Assembly: GCF_001194135.2 (NCBI RefSeq) | Contig: NC_069002.1 | Span: forward strand, 1,370,793-1,403,158 | Length of the DNA stretch: 32,366 nucleotides | From: Octopus bimaculoides | Lineage: Eukaryota | Direction: 5' to 3' | Part shown: positions 24,567-32,366 of the stretch, piece after piece | Layout: every line of letters starts with the position of its first letter | Position numbering within the stretch: position 1 is the first letter of the stretch | Made by a program: the position numbers and the translations under genes | The notes under the pieces: model-generated | What the model was told of the DNA's origin: nothing | Seen by the model: the letters and a program-made list of their open reading frames with translations, nothing else | Database searches by the model: none

Positions 24567-25034
24567 AAGCTTATAATAATGATTAATCACAAGAGAAATA
24601 GAACAATTACAGAATGAAACAACAAAAAATATGATAATAAACATGTAAAGAAGCAAGGGATGGTCCAGAGCATCGTAGAATATAAGAACATTAAGCGTAT
24701 TAAGTAATTAATAATAAAATATCTGACCTTTCTGGGTCTCTCATGATGTTCTCATCCGATGTCCGATGTTTGCTTGGAAAGTTCTGGGAATAAAATATAA
24801 CAGAAACAACCCGTTATTTATTTATTTATTTTTTTTGTGGTGTCAGTAAAATTCCATGAATTTCTTGATATTAAATATCGCCGGACAACAAACAACAAAA
24901 TAAATTTAGCTTTTTTTTTTGTTTTGTATTTTCCATTTTTTGTTTTCACAATATCATTTTTTAATTTTTTTACCTTGATGAAAGATTTTATGAGAAACAA
25001 TCTCGAGGAACGGCAATCTTTTATCTTTCATAAG

Positions 25035-25217
25035 TCCAGGTCTTCGGATCGCGGCCTCGCTGGGGCACGACCTTGAAGAGGTTTAGTTCAGCAAACCTGC
25101 CCCAGTACTTATTCATAAGCTTTGTACCTATTCTATCGATCTTTTTGCCGAACCGCTCAGTTACGGGCGCATAAGCAAATCCCAGCGCTAGATGTCAACG
25201 AACAGTGGGGGACAAAC
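25035..25217 (-). mobile_element. 3' half of SINE group B
   Basis: GCGGCC..GCTGGGGCAC...GTACCTATTCTATCGATCTTTTTGCCGAACCGCT...GGGGGACAAAC. Confidence 0.75.
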
Positions 25218-25296
25218 ATTAGCGCAAAGACGCACGCACACATAGATACACAAATACACACATGTACAGATAGCTATATATATATATATATATTAT

Positions 25297-25334
<38 letters not shown>

Positions 25335-25364
25335 CGCCATGATAGATCGCCATGATGGATCGCT

Positions 25365-25540
25365 AGCCACTAAACCTTTTTCTATTTTCTCTCCCTGTTC
25401 TGTGTTCCTTTCTGTCGAAGAGCGTAGGCTCGAAACGTAAAAGACTTTCTCACTTCCCGAGCGTTAAACTAACACACCTGTTTGTTGTTTACACACCCGT
25501 CTTCCTCTTTTGTTTTTGTTCTTTTTTTGTAAATTCTCAC
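25365..25540 (+). mobile_element. Short interspersed repeat D, probable Penelope-like-element terminus derivative
   Basis: Colinear and highly similar by eye to the minus-strand copy at 31257-31412; contains the hammerhead-like motif at 25408-25443. Confidence 0.7.
25408..25443 (+). ncRNA. Minimal type I hammerhead-like motif with variant core CUGUCGA
   Basis: CTTT|CTGTCGA|A|GAGC-GTAG-GCTC|GAA|ACGT|A|AAAG: stem I CTTT/AAAG, stem II GAGC/GCTC, palindromic stem III ACGT. Confidence 0.5.
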
Positions 25541-25564
25541 NNNNNNNNNNNNNNNNNNNNNNNN

Positions 25565-25605
<41 letters not shown>

Positions 25606-25654
25606 CGGTTTCTAAACCAAAAGGCACAGCTTATACTGTATCTTTTGCTGTTGC

Positions 25655-25735
25655 TGTTGTATCGCCCCAGGTCAGCTCTGTCCCATCAGTCACATGCTTA
25701 ATGCCGTTCCAGCAAAGAACATTCTTACCCTTCAT
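25655..25735 (+). mobile_element. Retroposon tail-like fragment
   Basis: GTATCGCCCCAGGTCAGCTCTG...CGTTCCAGC; similar to 9688-9732. Confidence 0.35.
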
Positions 25736-25859
25736 TCAAATGTAGGGACTAGATAATGCAAATTCTTAACTAGGCAATACGTTTTTACCCTGTCAAGACA
25801 GCAAAACGATCAATTCAAAGATGTCATTCTTAGAACAAGTCCCACACGTCGATGTTCCC

Positions 25860-25930
25860 TTAACCGATCTGATCCAGTATATTCATTACCTCAAATGTTG
25901 TGGCCTTGTGCCAAAAATAGCACACCATAT
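25860..25930 (+). mobile_element. SINE group A 3' tail remnant
   Basis: CCTCAAATGTTGTGGCCTTGTGCCAAAAATAG resembles the tail of 9454-9672. Confidence 0.4.
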
Positions 25931-26195
25931 TGTTGTGTATGTTCTTGATGCTGTTGTTGATGTTGTATATGCTGTTGCTGTAGTTTTGTTGCTCTTATTA
26001 ATGTTGACACTTATAGATTTCGTATTGGGTAATCAAACTGATGAATGATGAAGAGAGACAACGTGTTTCAAGAATATTTAATACGACGTTTTGGATCTAA
26101 CCCAAGCCATAAACTGAACTGATCAGAAGAGCAGAAAAAAACACTACATACAAAAACACATACATACACATACATACATATATGTATGTGTGTAT

Positions 26196-26403
26196 GTGAC
26201 TGCGTGGTAAGAAGCGTGCTTCCCAACTTCATGGTTTTGGGTTCAGTCCCCCTGCATGGCACCTTGAGCAAATAAGTTCTATTGTAGCCTCGGGCCGACC
26301 AAAGCCTTGTGAGTGGTTTTGGTAGATGCAAACTGAAAGAAGCCCGTCAGATATGCGCGCAAGTCCGTGTTTGTCCCCTGTCACCGCTTTACAACTGGGT
26401 TTT
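26196..26403 (+). mobile_element. SINE group B, 5' part
   Basis: GTGACTGCGTGGTAAGAAGC (A box), GGGTTCAGTCCC (B box), central GGGCCGACCAAAGCCTTGTGAGTGGTTTTGGTAGATGCAAACTGAAAGAAGCCCGTC. Confidence 0.85.
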
Positions 26404-27722
26404 CAAGATTTTCAGAATGCCAGTGAGCGTATCCACGACTACCATCTTTGTTAAACGCATCTCCCCCTCCCCACTTGCTCAAGATACGGTCTTAGTGAGA
26501 CACCATGGATGTTTGCCATGTGTATTCAAGTAAATTGTCTCAGGGCGAACCTTGTTGTATCCCCTACGGTACAGTGAAAGACTCCGAAATATGCGGAAAG
26601 CCCAGTAAAACTGAGGTAAAAAGAATCTTCCTTGTCATGTAATCATGAAAGAGCATGTCAGCCAAACAGGGGGGGTGTCAAACGACACAGGCCAGAGCAA
26701 ACAGCAAACACAATAGCAATGACAACAACAATGATGGTACTAGTAGTAGTAGTAGTAGTAGTAGTGTTGATGATGGTGGTGGTAGTTGTAGTTTGCGGTG
26801 TTGTTTTTGTAGTTGCTGTGGTGGTGGTGGTGGTGGTTGTTCTTGTGTCACATGCCTCATCTCTCAGTAAACAGTAATTTGCAGTGTGCAAACTGAGGCT
26901 GACTTTACCCAACTCATCCGAATCTGTGACAGCCATGTGTTTCTGACATCCTTTAACCTAAACCAATAACGCTTCTATAAATAGAGACAACACTTCGGTG
27001 CAGTGATGGGACTGTTATTTCTCCTTTTTTTCTATTGTTTTGTTCTTCTGCTTTTGTTTTTTAATATATTTATTATTGTTCATCCCATACCCATCCAATT
27101 ATCTTCATCGTCAACATCATTAACCTAACATCACGACAATCACCATCATCGTCGTCGTCGTCGCCATCATCATCATCATCACCATCGTCGTCGCGACTAA
27201 CTCTACAATCGCTACCACTACCACCACCACCACCACCATCGTCGTCGTCGTCGTTGTCATCATCTGCAACATCATTTCGCTTATTTCCCATTCTCTTGTA
27301 TTCTACTTTTCATCAATCTTCCTCCTAATTCTTTTCAGCCTCAGATTTCAGCATATTGGTTTTATTTGCGACGTGTATCAAATTTTCCTTCGCAGCTATG
27401 ATTACTATTCTATGATTAGGTGCATTTATTCACTGTTGCGCATTAATCAGTATTACCAATGTTTATTTATTTACCTTACTTTAATACCCGACGCACATAC
27501 ATTAAGGATACGCAATAATTTCTCTTACGTAAGAAACAAAAATACAAATAAGAAGGATTTTGCAGTAACCAATTCATCTCTTTCCTTTGTGCAGAGAACC
27601 CAGGTATACTTCATTCTATATTACCAAAAACATTCCAAACATGTTTACGAAACTGTATCATACTTAGACTTACAATTGCGTATATTATATACGAGAGTAT
27701 ACGTATAGATTGTGGCACACAC

Positions 27723-27723
<1 letters not shown>

Positions 27724-27775
<52 letters not shown>
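27724..27775. repeat. (GATA)n microsatellite
   Basis: Direct reading; similar arrays at about 25304-25333 and 31414-31485. Confidence 0.95.
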
Positions 27776-28333
27776 ATCTCACGACTAAAACACACACCTT
27801 CTACAAACGTAGAGAGAGAAGGAGTTGGGGAGAAATAGAGAGAATAAGAGACACAGACACAGAGAGAGGGCGCATAAGGGGGAAAACTGAGAGACAGCGG
27901 TGTGTGAGAGCAGTAAATATAAACAGGCTTAGAACAATGAATGGATGTATAAGAAAGGGGAAAACGGAAGAATTTCTCAATATCCTTTCGCTATATTTCA
28001 TCCAAAATAGTGGTTCCTCATTTTTTAATTTTATTTCATTTTATTTCTTTTCTGTGTGTTTTTTTTAATGGTCTGGCACTTAAACAAATGAACTATCCAA
28101 CTAGACGACGGAATTGTCCCTAGATATTTGATAGAACCTTCTAGAAACATTGCAAATCATAACAATAAATTCATTTAAAGTGAAACTGTGTTATTTGTTG
28201 ATATTCTCTTTATTTATTTTTCAGATTTACTTGAATAATAAGAATTAACCCAAACAATGAAGGAAAACCATTTAACAACGGCAACAACAACAAGCACAAA
28301 TACAATAATACTTGTAGTAGTAGTAGTAGTAGT

Positions 28334-28520
28334 AATTTTTTTCTGCTAGAGGTATAAGGCCTGAAATTTTGGGGGGAGGGTATTAATCGATTATATCGAC
28401 ACCACCTCCAAAAGGATGAAAAGCGAAGTCGGCGGAATTTGAACTCAGAATGTGAAGACAGACGAAATACCGACAAGAATTTTGCCCGGTGTCCTAACAA
28501 TTCTGCTAGTTGCCACCTTA
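28334..28520 (-). mobile_element. SINE group A with an internal deletion
   Basis: Reverse complement TAAGGTGGCAACTAGCAGAATTGTTAGG...CTGAGTTCAAATTCCGCCGAC...AATTTCAGGCCTTATACC. Confidence 0.85.
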
Positions 28521-28559
28521 ATAATAATAATAATAATAACAATAATGATAATAATAATA

Positions 28560-28747
28560 ATATTTTCTACTATAGGCATAAGGCCTGAAATTTTGAGGGA
28601 GGGGGCTAGTCGATGACATCGACCTCAGTGCATAACTGGCACTCATTTTATCGATCCCGAAAGGATGAACGGCAAAGTCGACCTCGACAGAATTTGAACT
28701 GAGAACGTACTGACGCACGAAGTGCCGCTAAGCATTTTGTTCTGCCA
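28560..28747 (-). mobile_element. SINE group A, tandem partner with a 5' deletion
   Basis: Reverse complement TGGCAGAACAAAATGCTTAGCGG...CAGTTCAAATTCTGTCGAGGTCGACTTTGCC...AATTTCAGGCCTTATGCC. Confidence 0.85.
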
Positions 28748-29304
28748 ATAATAATTGTAATAAGAAATACAAAGGAAAAAGTGTCACGACACAAAAGCCT
28801 TTATAATTCCATTTGGTTGTTTAAAAGAATAATATAGGTGGAGTGGAGGTGTGAGGTGTGAGCGAGAACGAGAGCCAATCCTTTTATTAAGCATGCATTT
28901 ATATCATAAATAATGTAAGACACTCGGTAGATAATGTAAGTCTAGATATATTGCAGTTTGTGAAATGGGTGGCGTATCATGACGGCCGGAAGGCTCTCCA
29001 TTATATGTCGGGGTGGCAGGATAGATTTAAGGCCAAACAACTACGGAAGAAGAAGGACGGGGTTTATATGAGGTTTTTCGATATGTTAGAAGTAACAGTC
29101 AAATTCCCCACACTTTGAAAGAAAAAAAGAAAGAAAGAAAGACAAAGAGGAAGAGAAATAAAGTGATAAATAAAAGAGGATTTGAAAGAGGTAGAAAAAA
29201 GAAACAAAGAACAAAGGAAGAAGGCAAGAAAGGAATGAAGAAAGAAAGAATTTAAAGATAGACTGAAAGTGAGATATGGCTTACCTTGAAGATAATCCAC
29301 TTAC

Positions 29305-29384
29305 GGATTTAGCTGTGAGCCTTTCCTGATCACTAACTCAACAACATCTCCCGCAAGGGCTATACGTGTTAACACGTTCCTATC
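29305..29384 (-). CDS. Candidate exon fragment resembling the alphaB-betaF end of a PDZ domain
   Basis: Translates DRNVLTRIALAGDVVELVIRKGSQLN and ends at a CC|GTAAGT donor. The acceptor is weak and there is an in-frame TGA directly upstream. Confidence 0.25.
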
Positions 29385-30049
29385 TCACACTTCAGCATCG
29401 TTTTTGATGCCCCTACTTTTGGCTGGTAGCAACTGATATACGATTATGGCATTTACAATCCATAAACACCTTCGGAAATTTACCAAGGCTGCACCATGAG
29501 CTACGGTTATACTTTTGGTGATCGTTACTTTCATCGTAATAGAAATGGGTTGTTTTTTTACTGACGATGTACGTTCGTTCAGAAACATTTCATTATCTAA
29601 CTAATTATCGGATGTATACTGCAGCAAATAAGACAGCAACTGTAAGAGAAAGACCTTAAAAGGGTCACATAAGTTGCTAGAAATAACAGCCTATCTTCCT
29701 TTGAAACGTACTTTAATATCATAAATGAAATAAGATTCATTGGGTTTATTGTAATTTTAGATATTAGAAAGATAGGACATGACTGGGGCGTCACGGAAGG
29801 AAACGGTTCCATCGTAAGTCCACTCGGAAGCGTAGGCCTAGGGCGAAACAAAATAAATAAACAAAGAAACACTGCAATAAAGAAATGAATGAGATCCTAT
29901 GTAGTTGTTCGACCAGCTTGAAATAGTGGGTAAATCACCCTCAAACTACATCAAATATTCGAGGAGGACTCTGAAGGATGAGACAAAAGATGTATATCTA
30001 TCTATCTATCTATATATATGTGAGTGTGTGTGTTTTTGTATGTGTGCCT

Positions 30050-30102
<53 letters not shown>

Positions 30103-31256
30103 NNNNNNNNNNNNNNNNNNNNNNNNNNNNNNNNNNNNNNNNNNNNNNNNNNNNNNNNNNNNNNNNNNNNNNNNNNNNNNNNNNNNNNNNNNNNNNNNNN
30201 NNNNNNNNNNNNNNNNNNNNNNNNNNNNNNNNNNNNNNNNNNNNNNNNNNNNNNNNNNNNNNNNNNNNNNNNNNNNNNNNNNNNNNNNNNNNNNNNNNNN
30301 NNNNNNNNNNNNNNNNNNNNNNNNNNNNNNNNNNNNNNNNNNNNNNNNNNNNNNNNNNNNNNNNNNNNNNNNNNNNNNNNNNNNNNNNNNNNNNNNNNNN
30401 NNNNNNNNNNNNNNNNNNNNNNNNNNNNNNNNNNNNNNNNNNNNNNNNNNNNNNNNNNNNNNNNNNNNNNNNNNNNNNNNNNNNNNNNNNNNNNNNNNNN
30501 NNNNNNNNNNNNNNNNNNNNNNNNNNNNNNNNNNNNNNNNNNNNNNNNNNNNNNNNNNNNNNNNNNNNNNNNNNNNNNNNNNNNNNNNNNNNNNNNNNNN
30601 NNNNNNNNNNNNNNNNNNNNNNNNNNNNNNNNNNNNNNNNNNNATATATATATATATATACCGATTGATACTTACATTTGTATACATATATGTACATATA
30701 TAAATATATACATACATATGCACATGTGCGTGTGGGAATGAGGAGATCGCACGTTCGTGTATTCAGCCACGTGTACATATATGTATGAAGTGAAGGAAAA
30801 ATGCTTTTCTAAAAACGAATATTTTTCACGTAAAATACATAAAAATGTTTATGCTTGTGTATAACTCTTCGAAACGCCGGTGTTTTAATGGTGGCAGTTG
30901 ATGAAGGATATGTTCCCTATGTGGCCTGCGTGTTTTTTGTACCTTGTTTATCATTTTGTCTATGTTTTTTTTGCAACGTCATGTACCCAGATATGTATCT
31001 ATATGTACATGTAGATGAAGGTATGTACATACATGTACATATATATGCACATACTCATATATTGATCCACGGATGGTTAATTCATCAATTGATTGATTAA
31101 TTAATTGATTTATTTAATCATTAATGGTGAAATTCCGAAGTATAGAATTAACTGATATTTTAATTCTTTCAAACTGTCCTGCTCGCTTACAATCAAAGTT
31201 GCATGTTCTTTCATGGTAAGGGAATTTCACTGCCCTTTTTAGCATGTAAGATGACC

Positions 31257-31412
31257 ACAAAAAGAAAACAAAACAAACTACGAAGACGGGTGTGTAAACA
31301 ACAGACAGGTGTATTAGTTTAACGGGAAGTGAGAAAGTCTTTAACGTTTCGAACCTACGCTCTTCAACAGAAAGGAACACAGAAATAAGCAGAGAGAGAG
31401 ATAAAATAAAAT
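31257..31412 (-). mobile_element. Short interspersed repeat D, second copy
   Basis: Reverse complement TTCTGTGTTCCTTTCTGTTGAAGAGCGTAGGTTCGAAACGTTAAAGACTTTCTCACTTCCC...ACACCTGTCTGTTGTTTACACACCCGTCTTC. Confidence 0.7.
31339..31374 (-). ncRNA. Minimal type I hammerhead-like motif with variant core CUGUUGA
   Basis: CTTT|CTGTTGA|A|GAGC-GTAG-GTTC|GAA|ACGT|T|AAAG; stem II is retained through a G-U wobble. Confidence 0.5.
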
Positions 31413-31465
<53 letters not shown>

Positions 31466-32016
31466 GGATAGATAGATAGATAGATACGCATGTCGTGTAA
31501 ATAATGCTGATTGCGCGTGTGTGTGCGTGTGTGTGTGTGTGTGTACTTAAGCCTATAGCTTCAACTCTACGTTCAGATACAATATATATTATTGCTCAAC
31601 AGTACAATGGCTTACGTCAACTCTTAACCAACATAACATAATCGCTATTTAACACATTTCCTCCATTTTCTCTCCGCCATATTTCGCTTTATTTCTCTCT
31701 GCTTTCTTTCATTATATCTATCCTTTTTTTTTTATTTATTTCTATTTCTCTTTCTTTTCATTTTCTTTTCTTTCTTTTTCCTTTGTTTCTTTCTTCATTC
31801 GTTTCCAACTGTTGTCTACACTTTCGGCATGCAAGCACTACCTACATAAGTATTTGTGTGTGTCTACTTACATGCATACATACATACATACATACGTACG
31901 TACGTACATTCATGCATGCATACATACATACATACACACGTACATACATACATACATACATACATACATTACATATATGCATGTATACGTTCACTTACGT
32001 ATATATATATTAATCA

Positions 32017-32076
<60 letters not shown>

Positions 32077-32318
32077 CAAAGTTCGAAATATCGAAATAAA
32101 TATTGATATGTATAGATATATATTCTGTATCTATCTATCTGTTTATCTATTTATCTATATCTTTCTCTCTATATACATATATATGCACACGCACACACAC
32201 ATATATTCACACACATATATTCACACACATGTATATGTGGTTTGTTAACATGACTATATGCATAAACATACGTATATATAAACATACATACATATATGCA
32301 TATATACATATACAGGCA

Positions 32319-32366
<48 letters not shown>

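Noticed and set aside
25334-25366. AGATCGCCATGAT repeated two to three times
   Set aside because: Local slippage at the edge of a (GATA)n array; no spacers, not CRISPR-like.
29364-29377. 14-bp perfect palindrome ACGTGTTAACACGT
   Set aside because: A few of this length are expected by chance in a window of this size and composition.
29561-29592. CTGACGA...GAAAC hammerhead core-like match
   Set aside because: Stem II is weak with a mismatch, and no stem III, GUH site or stem I can be formed.
29440-29600. Plus-strand reading ATVILLVIVTFIVIEMG resembling a GPCR TM6
   Set aside because: In-frame stop immediately before it and no other helices.
29712-29837. Strong minus-strand acceptor at 29838 with a possible 126-nt exon
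   Set aside because: Two frames stop early, and the open frame becomes AT-rich and unrecognisable; no link to other candidate exons.

Overview
Eukaryotic, AT-rich, largely non-coding draft-assembly sequence with 11 N-gaps (about 3.2 kb). The microsatellite load ((TA)n, (CA)n, (TATG)n, (GATA)n, GGT/GTT/TAA triplets) and the interspersed repeats point to an octopus genome (inference, not a database match). Almost every ORF in the supplied track is a translated microsatellite or runs through a gap, and no protein-coding gene can be called with confidence. Supported features: about 18 copies or fragments of three tRNA-derived SINE groups, one decayed TTAA-type MITE, a tRNA-Trp 3' half, and two copies of a short repeat. 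That repeat carries a minimal type I hammerhead-ribozyme-like fold of the Penelope-element kind, with a non-canonical core (A6 replaced by U); this is the best lead in the window. Weaker leads: a PDZ-like 26-codon segment ending at a GTAAGT donor on the minus strand, a few other candidate exons, two promoter-like patches and a pre-miRNA-sized hairpin. No prokaryotic system, CRISPR array or intact transposase/RT is visible. Element boundaries are estimated by eye.
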